Part shown: positions 14,513 to 27,997 of the stretch, piece after piece
How the letters are laid out: each line of letters opens with the position of its first letter
How positions within the stretch are numbered: position 1 is the stretch's first letter
Source: Haliotis rufescens
Taxonomy: Eukaryota
DNA length: 64,000 nt
NCBI RefSeq assembly: GCF_023055435.1
Contig: NW_025964235.1
Coordinates: 1,178,001 to 1,242,000 of the forward strand
Direction of reading: 5' to 3'
Notes under the pieces: generated by a model
Database searches by the model: none
What the model was told of the DNA's origin: nothing
The model's input: the letters and a program-made list of their open reading frames with translations, nothing else
Translations under genes and position numbers: made by a program

Positions 14513-15827
14513 TGTGTCAGCTGCGGAACTAGGTTCTACAATGTGTGGGAAGCCCTTGCATCTGCTGTTCGTCCGTGTGAACAAGACCCGTGAGAGGAGG
14601 CAGTTACTGGCTTGTGGACAGTCCATCATGGTCACTCACCCCTCGTTCAGGAAATGTCAACTGTTGTATTTATCTTACTTGTCGTTCTTCTTCAACAAAT
14701 ACAAACCAGTCTTCCACTACCGCCATTAGTTGCGGTCTGGTGGATGAGCAAGTCTCCAATTGCCTTCATAATAATCTTCATTGATGCAGGTTCAGTAATT
14801 GATTCAGGCTGACACGGACGTCCAGGAGCCGGCGCTGGTGGAGGGAGATCGATGGTTGCCCGGAGTGTGTGTTGCCCCCATCACTTCATCATCATCCCCG
14901 CTTGACTGAGTCCACCCTGAACACAAGTGTGGCGTGAACATGTATGCCATCTGAGTTAGTGAGTCAGTTGCCATGGAAATGGCTTCTTGTTTGTGGAAAC
15001 ATTGATACTTGTAATCATGTTATTTGTTCGTTTATTTTTGTTGTTGTTTAACGCCGCACTCATCAATATTCCAGCTATTGACGGCACAAGTTTCATTTCA
15101 TATTTATGACAGAGATACATGGCATCACACATGGCGATCTTCACTGAAGTTGACATCAAACGACTTCATGGCGTCACAGCACAATTGTATCCTCGCATCC
15201 ATAGGGTCCCTGTTTTCCTGGTGGGTCACATATTGATGAAAGACACATAGATCCGGCATGGAGTTGACAGACCAAGGAGCACATATACCCACGGACACTC
15301 AGAGCCACGTGTAGCAGGCTTGGACAAAGGGCTTTCTGTAATGCAAAACCCCTAAATAAAGCAAATCTAGATTGTCCAAGGTTCAGTTTCTGAATCTCCC
15401 ATCTCACTGGGGTTCCTTTTAAATTTGAATGGAGTTTATGTTTCTATCAAAATTATATATTTTCAGAAACTAAGCGTTGCATCTGTTGACCAGCTGTGCC
15501 TTGGCGTAATCAGACGCCTTCAGCCAGACCAGACACTACCGCTTTTCTTAATTTAATTTCACGTTGTCACCCATGTGGAGGTAGGTTGTAAAAGTAGCAG
15601 CAACTGCGGCAGAGACAGTTATTGTGGTAGATGTTGTGGTTGTGGTGAAGTAGAGTGAGTAGGGCAGGTTGTAACAGTAGTTGTAGCTTTGACGCCAGGT
15701 TTCCCTCACAATTATACATACATATTCTGTATTATACTGACGCTTCTCTCAGTCCGACGCCGAAGTTAGTGGACATAAATCATCTTAACGCTGCCTACAG
15801 CAGGCAGGGAGTTGGTCGGACATAATG

Positions 15828-17060
15828 TGCGCTCAGTAATACTACCATGTGACGACTGCATGTGAGCGGTAATACTACTATGTGACGACTATCTGTGCTC
15901 AGTAATACTACCATGTGACGACTACGTGTTCTCAGTAATACTACCATGTGACGACTGCGTGTGCTCAGTAATACTACCATGTGACGACTGCGTGTGAGCA
16001 GTAATACTACCATGTGACGACTGCGTGTGAGCAGTAATACTACCATGTGACGACTGCGTGTGAGCGGTAATACTACTATGTGACGACTATCTGTGCTCAG
16101 TAATACTACCATGTGACGACTACGTGTTCTCAGTAATACTACCATGTGACGACTGCGTGTGCTCAGTAATACTACCATGTGACGACTGCGTGTGAGCAGT
16201 AATACTACTATGTGACGACTACGTGTTCTCAGTAATACTACCATGTGACGACTGCGTGTGCTCAGTAATACTACCATGTGACGACTGCGTGTGAGCAGTA
16301 ATACTACTATGTGACGACTACGTGTGCTCAGTAATACTACCATGTGACGACTGCGTGTGAGCAGTAATACTACCATGTGACGACTGCCTGTGTGAGCAGT
16401 AATACTACCATGTGACGACTACGTGTGCTCAGTAATACTACCATGTGACGACTGCGTGTGCTCAGTAATACTACCATGTGACGACTGCGTGTGCTCAGTA
16501 ATATTACTATGTGACGACTGCGTGTGAGCAGTAATACTACCATGTGACGACTGCGTGTGCTCAGAATACTACTATGTGACGACTGCGTGTGAGCAGTAAT
16601 ACTACTATGTGACGACTATCTGTGCTCAGTAATACTACTATGTGACGACTGCGTGTGCTCAGTAATACTATATACTATGTGACGACTACGTGTGAGCAGT
16701 AATACTACTATGTGACGACTACGTGTGAGCAGTAATACTACCATGTGACGACTGCGTGTGCTCAGTAATACTACTATGTGACGACTGCGTGTGCTCAGTA
16801 ATACTACCATGTGACGACTGCGTGTGCTCAGTATTACTATTATGTGACGACTGCGTGTGAGCAGTAATACTACCATGTGATGACTGCGTGTGAGCAGTAA
16901 CACTACCATGTGACGACTGCGTGTGAGCAGTAATACTACCATGTGACGACTGCGTCTGAGCAGTAATACTACCATGTGACGACTGCGTGTGAGCAGTAAC
17001 ACTACCATGTGACGACTGCGTGTGAGCAGTAATACTATTTTATCACGACTGCCTGTGTGA
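15828..17060. repeat. Minisatellite, 33-bp unit CAGTAATACTACCATGTGACGACTGCGTGTGCT
   Basis: Direct inspection. Confidence 0.97.
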
Positions 17061-17249
17061 GCGGTATACGAAACACGCGTTCCAACAAACCCAATCATGT
17101 CTCTTGTTTTTCACTGATTTTGTAAAAGGCAGCTTTAAATGCACCGATTTCTAAATAAAATCATGAATCGTCCTACCAGTCTAAGAATTACAAAACGCCC
17201 TCGTCGTTGATGCCCATGTCTAAACCAGCTGGGACATATTCATTACTTA

Positions 17250-17977
17250 AGCCCCATTCACATGGACACTTTTACTTACGTGAGTATATATACTTACATA
17301 AGTAAGTTTACTTATGGTGGCATGTGAACGCATTTGCTTACGTGAGTAAATATACTCCAGGAGTAAAGAGACATGAGTAAAAGTATATTTGCTACACCTG
17401 ATGAGGTCTAGTAAAAGTATATTTACTCAAAAGTATAAATGCTCCTGGAGTATTTCTGGTCATGTGAACAGATACTCTATTGTTCTAAACTCCGCAGAGG
17501 AGGCACGCCAGTAAATTGTTATGGCCACCTTGTGATCCAGCTCCAATGGTTCCCTCACATACATTTCCTGTGCAGGAAAATACGGCAGTGGTTCCTTGCA
17601 AAGAACATAAAATTATTCTCGTGTCATGCGAAAGTTATCGATCCACAGTTTATCATCAAATGATCGTTTGACGACATTGTTTCACCAGTGTTTAGAACGT
17701 TCTCTCTTCCACAGTTCTCTTTCCTGGCATAATCCTAAGACTAATCCCATACTAAGAAAGTATGGAAAGTCTCTCTTTCGCCTCTGGTTGACTATCTTCG
17801 ACAGCGACATGGCCTCAAATGATAAAAGTCCACAATTTATTTGTGAAATGATGTTTAATTCTGCCTTGCATAAACTTCATGTGAACGCAATGTAAATATA
17901 CTTTTGCTTACATGAGTAAATATACTCCATGAATAAATTTGCATACATGAGTAAATTTTGTCCATGTGAATGGGGCT
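17250..17977 (-). mobile_element. Non-autonomous PIF/Harbinger DNA transposon with decayed transposase fragment
   Basis: 19-bp TIRs AGCCCCATTCACATGGACA / TGTCCATGTGAATGGGGCT and TTA TSD on both sides. Minus-strand relic RELWKRERSKHW*NNVVKRSFDDKLWIDNFRMTRE*FYVLCKEP...HKVAITIYW matches the Harbinger transposase N-terminal NFRM motif. Confidence 0.9.
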
Positions 17978-18063
17978 TTACTCTCGACATTGTAGCGTCT
18001 TCCTTAAGTATAAACAGGACCTCGGGAAATCTTTACAGGTTTCAGTATCATTGAACAAAATTA

Positions 18064-18233
18064 CAGTCAGCTACGTTTATAACGAAAACGCGTATTACGA
18101 ACTGACTGATATAACGAACTTAATTTTATTCCCGGCCATTTGTTGTATATATGCTGTATATATGCTTGTGACGAACTACGGTTATAACTAAAATTAGTGG
18201 TTCCTTTGTGTTCGTTATAACCGTAGTTTACTG
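18064..18233. mobile_element. Tc1/mariner (pogo/Tigger-type) MITE
   Basis: TA|CAGTCAGCTACGTTTATAACGAA ... TTCGTTATAACCGTAGTTTACTG|TA: imperfect 23-bp TIRs with TA TSD. Confidence 0.82.
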
Positions 18234-18491
18234 TATATAAAAACAGAATTTAGAGCCGTCTTTTGGTGTCGCAGGAGATAACATGCTGTATAACCGTGAG
18301 ATTTGAAGAAAACAACTCTCTAAACCAAGCAGTACAAACAAGGTCCAAATATTCATACCTTGTTTATGCTCTAATCATGCGTCACATTGAGATGACCTGA
18401 AGTAGGTTTGTTTATTTCTTTTGGATGACATACCACATGCATTACCACTGTAATGAAATATTGTCAGCCTGGCGTTAACATCGGATTGAAA

Positions 18492-18724
18492 TGTTTGTTT
18501 GGTGTTTAACGCCGCACTCAGCAATGTTCCAGCTATATGACGGCGGTCTGTAAATAATCGAGTCTGGACCGGGTAAGCCAGTGGTTGACATCATGAGCAT
18601 CGATCTAAATAATTTGAACAGATCGGCATGCATCAACCAAGTCAGTGAGTCTGACCACGTGACCTGACTCCGTCCGGATTTGTTACTGAAGACCAATTCT
18701 AACCCTGGAATTCACGTGGTCTCT
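18492..18724 (-). mobile_element. Family B copy
   Basis: Reverse-complement homology to 41-308. Confidence 0.85.
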
Positions 18725-18979
18725 CAATAGGTACACGCAATTTCCTTTTCAATGTAAACGTTTGCAAACACGCGGCAGTTCACAGTGTTAAAACAACGAA
18801 AGAACAAGGCGAGCAACTTAGGTTTACATGTCGGCATGTGCAAATAGTTCAAGTTCAAAACTTAATTCATTATCAAGGGTTTCGTTTCGTTGACGTTGCA
18901 ACGCGTGTGATCGAAGTGAAGCCTGGAAGTAGGTGTTTCGGAGAGCATCCCCTTGTCTTCAGCTTGTGTAATAACAACT

Positions 18980-19108
18980 TGAGTGAGTGAGTTGGGTTTT
19001 ACGACGCTTCTAACAATATTCCAACATTATCACGGCGGAGGACACCACACATGGGCTTCACATAGTGTAGCCTTGCAGGGAATATAACCCGGGCCGCCCC
19101 AGTGACAA
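18980..19108 (-). mobile_element. SINE family A, degenerate and 5'-truncated
   Basis: GAGTGAGTGAG tail plus GGGCTTCACA body. Confidence 0.8.
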
Positions 19109-19719
19109 CTAGAGAGTAAGAAAGGCTGCTGACTTATCGCATCTCGAGTCTACGCTATAGTTACTCCCTGAGAAGACAACGTCGCCACATTTTGTCATTG
19201 TGCATTATACGTTGTCAACCAATCTCAACGGATATTTTGTGTGATGTACATAGGCTCACACACAGGGTACATCACACCATTAGCCCCGAGGGATGGGCTG
19301 ACAACCAATTTATCTCACTGGCATTCATTCATACAGACCCGGAATATATGTCCGACGTTTCTCTTAGTAAAACGCTTTGATTCAGCCATTTGGACAGCTA
19401 GCAGACGACGCAAACGAACCCAGTTACTTCCCTTTACCCAATGCAGCGGACAAATATCGGCTCTTTTCAGCTCAACGATACTTATGCGAGAATAGCAAGT
19501 TACCCAAGGTGTGTTACGATTGATTTCTCAGCGAGGTAAATGAGCGGGCTACATGGAAAATAATTGCTTTTATCTGTCACTCAACTACGTCATGGTGGTG
19601 TATGTGAATCGGATTGGCATCTACTTTCAATACATATTATACATCTTATCCATATTTGACTTAATACCTTATGATCGGCACTTTATTTAAGCGAGTTTAA
19701 CTTTTATCTAAACTTTTTT

Positions 19720-20101
19720 AGGTTCTAAACACGTGAATGAGCTTTAATCTGAATCAAATGCAACATATACACATCCCCATAATCTAAAAATGTTTAGAAT
19801 ATAAACACGTTTAAACTTTTAACATTCTTCAACTCTAAACATGTTTAGATTATGGGGATGTTGTATATATGTGGCGTTTAAGGCTGTGCCACGATAGCTC
19901 ATTCATGTGTTTAGACCCTAAACATGTTTACATGTGCACACTAAATGTGTATTCCGTATATGATTTTAACACATTCCTAAACATGTTTACATGTGCACAC
20001 TAAATGTGTATTCCGCATATGATTTTAACACATTCCTAAACATGTTTAGATCTAAACATGTCTTGTATGTGTGACCATTCTAAACACATTTGTTACAGTG
20101 T
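19720..20101. repeat. Palindromic / subterminal-repeat element (CTAAACATGTTTAG motifs), probable DNA transposon remnant
   Basis: Inverted arms at about 19720-19800 and 19835-19920, then a short tandem duplication at 19918-20045. Confidence 0.6.
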
Positions 20102-20379
20102 ATCTAGCAGTTATATGTAACTTGTGATTCTAGTATTACGAAGCTGAGTTTCCCCTATATTTACCCTCCAATAGAGCGGCGTCGGTCTTGTGAAGCGCGA
20201 TGCAAATATTTGGTTGTGGACTCACTCTCGCGTTCACACTGACCCCGTTTAGCAAGCGTTTGTCAGTCATCAACACCCTGTTGTTTAACGTTCAGAATTT
20301 CAGTACAAGTCCACATTATTGAAAAATAACAAGAATGCAATTGAACGGACGAACGATTACGCGTTATACAAAAAGCCGT

Positions 20380-20672
20380 TACAGATGGTACTTGTTGTTA
20401 CCCTGCCTGGCGCTCGGCATCAAGGTGATAAAACAAGGGCGAGGAGTCAGCATACTCTGTCTGAGTGGGGTGTTCATGTTAAACTGCGGCGTGGTACCCC
20501 AGTGGGCTAACACTCTAAAACCAGCCTTAGTCCGGAATTGAACAACACACACACATATTAGCCATCCTTACAGTTGGTACTGTGCGCCTTCCCCGCCCGA
20601 CCACGCACGCTGACATCGTGAATACCTGCACTCATCTTGAACGCGACGTTTAGCTCCCCTTCCACCTCACCT
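20380..20672 (+). mobile_element. SINE family C copy, 5'-truncated
   Basis: GATGGTACTTGTTGTTACCCTGCCTGGCGCTCGGCAT...GAGTCAGCATACTCTGTCTGAGTGGGG. Confidence 0.75.
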
Positions 20673-21355
20673 CATAACGTGTACGAGATCACCGAGTTGC
20701 TAGACCTTTTGTCGTTACCCAGTTGTCCCGGCATAGAACTCTCTACGTGCAGAAAAACAATTTTCTTAAAAACACCACCAACATAAAATATTTAAATATA
20801 GACAATGTAAGCTAATTTTCCTCATTCTGAACGCCGTTTGTAATACACTCGGGGGAATCAGCGCTTAAATCGGATATTTCGAATTGATCTTCCAGCACCG
20901 ATTGTACCCAGTGATACACATATGATGACATTATATTTTTAAGGTACAATGTCTTGATACATGTCCAGTCACAAACTGGCCTGGGTGAAGAGGAATAAGG
21001 TCACATAGTGTCAGCTTATGATGCCGGGGAAAGTACCCATGTTACGCATCACATGGATTCTGGTGAGTAAGGGACACAACTCTGTACAGACAGTTTTGAA
21101 GCATCTGCACCCGAGTTGGTTTCCTGGCCGGGGAGAACTCAACACAGCTGTCTCGAGGTTCCAAAAGCACTGCCAACTTGACACCAGTACTACAGTCAGG
21201 TATAAGGGCGACTCTGAGGACCAAATGAATTAACCCGTTGTTGCCTACAATACTTTATGTTAAACGAGTATAGTCAGCCATCTATACGCAACATGCCTCA
21301 CTAACAGGGCAAAATACTATGTAGCATGCATATCGGACGGTGGGAAGGTTGACAT

Positions 21356-23065
21356 AAATATATATCAATCTATTGGTGGGTAAACACGCCCTACATATGT
21401 ATCTATCTGTAGGTGGGTAAACACGCCCTAAATAAATATCGATCTGTACGTGGATAAAAACGCCCTAAATATATATCAATCTGTAGGTGGGTAAGCAGGC
21501 ACTAACTACATATGGATCTGTAGGTGGGTAAACACGCCCTAAATATGTATCGATCTGTAGGTGGGTAAACACGCCCTGAATATGTTTCGATCTGTAGGTG
21601 AGGCACGCCCTTAATATGAATCGATCTGTAGGTGGTAAACACGCCCTAAATATATATCGATCTGTAGGTGGGTAAACACGCCTTAAATATATATCGATCT
21701 GTAGGTGGGTAAACACGCCCTAAATATATATCGATCTGTAGGTGAGGCACGCCCTTAATATGAATCGATCTGTAGGTGGTAAACACGCCCTAAATATATA
21801 TCGATCTGTAGATGGGTAAACACGCCCTAAATATATATCGATCTGTAGGTGAGGCACGCCCTAAATATATATCGATCTGTAGGTGGTAAACATGCCCTAA
21901 ATATATATCGATCTGTAGGTGGGTAACCACGCCCTACATATATATCGATCTGTAGGTGAGGCACGCCATTAATATGAATCGATCTGTAGGTGGGTAAACA
22001 TGCCCTAAATATATATCGATCTGTAGGTGGGTAAACACGCCCTACATATATATCGATCTGTAGGTGAGGCACGCACTAAATATGAATCGATCTGTAGGTG
22101 GGTAAACATGCCCTAAATATATATCGATCTGTAGGTGGGTAACCACGCCCTACATATATATCGATCTGTAGGTGAGGCACGCACTAAATATGAATCGATC
22201 TGTAGGTGGGTAAACACGCCCTATATATGTTTCGATCTGTAGGTGGTAAACACGGCCTAAATATATATCGATCTGTAGGTGGGTAAACACGCCCTTAATA
22301 TATATCGATCTGTAGGTGGGTAAACACGCCCTACATATATATCGATCTGTAGGTGAGGCACGCACTAAATATGAATCGATCTGTAGGTGGGTAAACACAC
22401 ACTAAATATGTATCGTTCTGTAGGTGGGTAAACACGCCCTAAATATATATCGATCTGTAGGTGGGTAAACACGCCCTAAATATATATATCGATCTGTAGG
22501 TGGGTAAACACGCCCTAAATATGTATCGATCTGTAGGTGGGTAAACACGCCCTAAATATGTATCGATCTGTAGGTGGGTAAACACGCCCTGAATATATAT
22601 CGATCTGTAGGTGGGTAAACACACACTAAATATATATCGATCTGTAGGTGGGTAAACAAGCCCTACATATATATCGATCTGTAGGTGGGTAACACGCCCT
22701 AAATATATATCGATCTGTAGGTGGGTAAACACGCCCTAAATATATATCGATCTGTAGGTGGGTAAACACGCCCTTAATATGTAACGATCTGTAGGTGGGT
22801 AAACACACTAAATATATCGATATGTAGGTTGGTAAACACACTAAATATATCGATCTGTAGGTGGGTAAACACCCTAAATATATATCGATCTGTAGGTGGG
22901 TAAACACCCTAAATATATATCGATCTGTAGGTGGGTAAACACACACTAAATATATTGATAATAGGTCGGTTAACACGCCCTAAATATATATATATTTGTA
23001 GAAAGGTTATCTCGCCCAATATATATATATATCGGTCTGTAGGTAGAATTACAGACCCTAAATAT
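21356..23065. repeat. Minisatellite, about 37-bp unit AAATATATATCGATCTGTAGGTGGGTAAACACGCCCT, followed by (CT)n
   Basis: Direct inspection. Confidence 0.97.
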
Positions 23066-23560
23066 CTCTCTCTCTCTCTCTCTCTCTCTCTCCAAATAAC
23101 AGATAACAGACTTAATGTATCATATTTATGATAAAGCGAAGGGTTTCACATACAACACTATACATTTTTCCGATAACGTGAAATAAAACATTGGGTTTAT
23201 CTAATATCATATATACTTCACATGGAAGGATAAACCCTCGTCACAAACTTTGTTTTCATCGCAATGTAATATATGTCTCGAACATGTACAGGACAATTCA
23301 AACATATTCATGACTATACGTGAGCGGCCTTTCCGGCCCTCTAGGGTGACTTCCTGTCTCCGCCGTGATGTCAGCGGGCGCAGAGCATCAGGAAACGTCC
23401 AATTCAAGTGACAGTATATTCTAGCATTGTGTCACACCGCGCCCAGTGTCTGACAGACATAGTTGTCCATATGAGATCCGTGTTTGTGGCACATATTGGT
23501 GTCAGTTGTGCGCGTGTTCGTCCCGATATTGGTCCGTGTTGGTAGAGTAGCCCGGATGTC

Positions 23561-24545
23561 CCTGGAGGTCGGGCTGGTTCCTGGTGTATCCGGTCGGATC
23601 TGGGAGGTCGGGTTGGTCTTTGATGCATCTGGTCGGATCTGGGAGGGTCGGGCTGGTCTTTGATGCATCTGGTCGGATCTGGGAGGGTCGGGCTGGTCTC
23701 TTCGCTGATGCATCAGGTCGGATCTTGGAGGGTCGGGCTGGTCTCTGATGTATCAGGTCGGCTCTTGGAGGTCGGGCTGGTCTCTGATGCATCTGGTCGG
23801 ATCTTGGAGATTAGGCTGGTCTCTGATGCATCTGGTCGGATATGGGAGGTGGGGCTGGTCTCTAATGTATCAGGTCGGCTCTTGGAGGTCGGGCTGGTCT
23901 CTGATGCATCTGGTCGGATCTTGGAGATTAGGCTGGTCTCTGATGCATCTGGTCGGATATGGGAGGTGGGGCTGGTCTCTGATGCATCTGGTCGGATCTT
24001 GGAGGTGGGGCTGGTCCCTGATGCATCTGGTCGGATATGGGATGTGGGGCTGGTCTCTGATGCATCTGGTCGGATATGGGATGTGGGGCTGGTTCCTGGT
24101 GTATCAGGTCGGATATGGGAGGTGGGACTGGTCCCTGATGCATCTGGTCGGATATGGGATGTCGGGCTGGTCTCTGATGCATCTGGTCGGATATGGGATG
24201 TGGGGCTGGTTCCTGGTGTATCAGGTCGGATCTGGGAGGTCGGGCTGGTCTCTGATGCATCTGGTCGGATATGGGATGTGGGGCTGGTTCCTGGTGTATC
24301 AGGTCGGATATGGGAGGTGGGGCTGGTCCCTGATGCATCTGGTCGGATATGGGATGTCGGGCTGGTCTCTGATGCATCTGGTCGGATATGGGATGTGGGG
24401 CTGGTCTCTGATGCATCAGGTCGGATCTGAGATGTGGGGCTGGTTCCTGGTGTATCAGGTCGGATCTGGGATGTGGGGCTGGTCTCTGATGCATCAGGTC
24501 GGATCTGGGAGGTGGGGTTGGTCTCTGATGCATCAGGTCGGATCC
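23561..24545. repeat. Minisatellite, 39-bp unit GATGCATCTGGTCGGATATGGGATGTGGGGCTGGTCTCT
   Basis: Direct inspection. Confidence 0.96.
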
Positions 24546-25778
24546 GACCAGGTCAGTATGATCAACGCGGCCTCTAGACCAGGTTCGTGGTCATCTTGGA
24601 CTCCATGGAGCTCGTACAATAGAAGCAAGGATATGGCTTAAACGTAACCGTCTAGTCCACATCGTGATATCCCATGTGTGCCTATATCCTAAACAGTGCA
24701 ATATATACACATGATCAGACGTCTACCCTTGACATTATTCTGACTGCTGGGCCAAACACAACATTGTAGGGTAAGAGATCCTGGTGGTGGTCTAGCTGCC
24801 GCGAGTAGCATACACCATGAACAAGCTGGTAGTTGTATCACTATATTCCAACCCAGTTGTACACATAGGTCACCAGACCAGCAGGAACACCTAATTTCGA
24901 GGCAAGATTCTGAATAACACAATCAATTTGATGATGCTCTCAGGTAAGTACTATTCTATATTCTACCCGAAAGCACCCTCGACTATCGAGTGTATAAAAT
25001 CGTCATTCTATACTCACCGCCAAAAGTAACGCGAATAACATACATGTCGGTTAAAATATGAAGAACGAATCATAATTCAAGAGATATTAGATTGGTTCAA
25101 TGCACCATCGAACATACTAGTACTGGTATGTTGTGTGAACCGACACTCATGTACGCATCACATGTGACGTCATAGATCCATGACTTGAGATGCACCATTT
25201 GACTCGTGCAGGATTAGTGTCTAAAGTTTGTAATTTACGTGCAGCATATCGTGATAAGAATGAAGATCGTCTGTGGTAACACTTGACTGACTGTTAGTTT
25301 TGTCATTAAGTGGTACACATTGGAAACATCTCAACGAACAAACTTCTCTATATGTTTCTATTGTTCGCGTTTCTTTTGGCGGTGAGTATATTATTTATCA
25401 CAAAAGAATAAAAAAATATAATTCCCTAGATAACTGAGGATGACCCGGAGTGGCAAACACGTGGATGACAGAACGGTTTGCAATACACAACTGTGACGAG
25501 TACTAACGACACCTACAATCTCACCAGTGTCATGTAAAGTAGATGTTCTGGCAGGATGAGATATCAAGTCCACCAAAATAGTTCAGGTGCCATTTCAACC
25601 ACTCCTGTTCGCATTGTTACGAAATAGTTTTGACATTTAATTTTAATACAGTGTTACATATACTCCTTGTATCAATAGGATCCATACAGACATCACGGTA
25701 CGGTATTGGTAACGCACCACGCAGTATCACGATACACCGACAATCGGTGAATCGTCACAGCCTTGGGCGGCATAGACG

Positions 25779-25985
25779 TAGACTTGCTCAGCTCTCTAAG
25801 GTAATAATTATTAGCTTAAATCATAATTTCTAGATTATGTAAATAATACCAAGTTGTCCCTATAAGAGACTGTTTGTACTGTCCACAAATCTAGACTTGC
25901 CTATTAGAAGGATAGAACTCCCACACATCCATGGGCTTTTCGTTCAATACAGCCTTGGAGCAAGGCTATCATTGGGTCGAAACCT
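25779..25985 (+). mobile_element. Family E copy (3' UTR region of Rho gene B)
   Basis: Homology to the 1743 and 10487 copies. Confidence 0.75.
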
Positions 25986-26081
25986 CGCTCGCAAGGAGCC
26001 AGACATGACCAGTAATTCAGACCAGTATAAACTCAGCACCTTGACACAGCCGTCGACTTGACAGATGAGTTACAACGTCGA

Positions 26082-26471
26082 CTATGATACCACACAACTC
26101 TTTTTCTTGGTATCCACGGGAACGTACTTGTCCATATACGCGAGAGCCGCGCTTTCAAACACTCTCCGTAGTCCCACACAGCTCTTGGCCGAGCACTCCA
26201 CGTAGCCGAACGCGCCCAGTTCCTCCGCCTTCCGCATCCCTTCCTCGACAGGGATGGACCGACTCTTGGGGTCAGCGTCCTTGGTAATGGTGTTCCTGGC
26301 GTCCGTCTTTGTGCCCACGAGGAGGAAGGGGGCAGTGGGGGAGTAGTCCCGGATCTCTGGCACCCAGTGGTGCTCCACGCGATCCAGGGAGGACGGGTTG
26401 GTGACGTCATAGCACACCAAGTATACGTCAGTGTTGTGGCATACCTTCTCCCGCAGCTTCTGGTACTCGTC
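26082..26471 (-). CDS. Atypical Rho-family GTPase gene B, exon 3 (terminal)
   Basis: Acceptor TTTGCAG|GAC. DEYQKLR...NTDVYLVCYDV...WVPEIR...LLVGTKTD (G4)...YVECSAK (G5)...KKKSCVVS* (polybasic region plus CaaX). Confidence 0.93.
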   Translation of the reverse strand, partial: DEYQKLREKVCHNTDVYLVCYDVTNPSSLDRVEHHWVPEIRDYSPTAPFLLVGTKTDARNTITKDADPKSRSIPVEEGMRKAEELGAFGYVECSAKSCVGLRRVFESAALAYMDKYVPVDTKKKSCVVS

Positions 26472-26714
26472 CTGCAAACGTGGACCATAGCAGTTATTAT
26501 AAATATTTATCACACGCATATGGTATCACTTTTAGAATACATTCAAAGTCTTACCTAGGAGTGAGTGAGGGAGTCAGTTGGGTAGACAATATTACAGTTA
26601 TATCACGGCGTGTCAGCCTAATGCGGAAGGGAAGTTCAAAGAACCGCAGACGTTTACCATTTAAATTGGTGAAAGCCACAAGGACCGATCTAGTGCTGCC
26701 GACACATGGGTGCG

Positions 26715-27997
26715 GAAGAGTCTGTCACGAACCCGCTTCTGTGGAATCTGTGACGAACCCGCCCATGGAGGATGTGACCAACCCGCCCCTGAGGAATCTG
26801 TGACCAACCCGCTTCTGAGGAATCTGTCACGAACCCGCCCATGGAAGAATCTGTGACCAACCCGCCCCTGGGGAATCTGTGACCAACCCCGCTCCTGAGG
26901 AATCTGTGACCAACCCGCTTCTGAGGAATCTGTCACGAACCCGCCCATGGAGGAATCTGTGACCAACCCGCCCCTGGGGAATCTGTGACGAACCCGCTTC
27001 TAAGGAATCTGACACGAACCCCTCCTGAGTAATCTGTGACGAACCCACCTATGAGGAATCTGCGGCGAACCCACCTATGCGGAATCTGCGGCGAACCCGC
27101 TCCTGAGGAATCTGTGTTGAACACACCCCTGAGGAATCTGTGGCGAACCCGCCTATGAGGAATCCGTGACGAACCCACCCATGAGGAATCTGTGGCGAAC
27201 CCGCCTATGAGGAATCCGTGACGAACCCGCCCCTGAGGAAACTGTGGCGAACACACCCCTGAGGAATCCCTGGCGAACCCACCCATGAGGAATCTGTGGC
27301 GAACCCGCCTATGAGGAATCTGTGGCGAACCCGCCCCTGAGGAAACTGTGGCGAACACACCCCTGAGGAATCCCTGGCGAACCCGCCCCTGAGGAATCCG
27401 TGACGAACCCGCCCCTGAGGAATCCGTGACGAACCCGCCCCTGAGGAATCTGTGGCGAACCCGCCCCTGAGGAAACTGTGGCGAACACACCCCTGAGGAA
27501 TCCGTGACGAACACACCCATGAGGAATCTGTGGCGAACCCACCCATGAGGAATCTGTGACGAACCCACCCATGAGGAATCTGTGGCGAACCCACCCATGA
27601 GGAATCTGTGGCGAACCCACCCATGAGGAATCTGTGGCGAACCCACCCATGAGGAATCCGTGACGAACCCGCCCCTGAGGAAACTGTGGCGAACACACCC
27701 CTGAGGAATCCCTGGCGAACCCGCCCCTGAGGAATCCGTGACGAACCCGCCTCTGAGGAATCTGTGGCGAACCCGCCTGTGAGGAATCTGTGACCAACCC
27801 ACCCATGAGGAATCCCTGGCGAACCCACCCATAAGGAATCTGCGGCGAACCCGCTCCTGAGGAAACTGTGGCGAACCCACCCCTAAAGGAATCTGTGGCG
27901 AACCCGCCTTTGAGGAATCTGTGGCGAACCCGCCTCTGAGGAATCTGTGGCGAACCCGCCTGTGAGGAATCTGTGGCGAACCCGCCTGTGAGGAATC
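26715..27997. repeat. Minisatellite, 26-bp unit GAGGAATCTGTGGCGAACCCGCCCCT (intron 2 of Rho gene B)
   Basis: Direct inspection. Confidence 0.97.

Noticed and set aside
14520-14930. Coding-like composition with a minus-strand acceptor near 14918
   Set aside because: Frames are short or interrupted, and no family was recognised.
11221-23065. Regularly spaced 33-41 bp repeats as possible CRISPR arrays
   Set aside because: No unique spacers, no cas genes, and a eukaryotic context.
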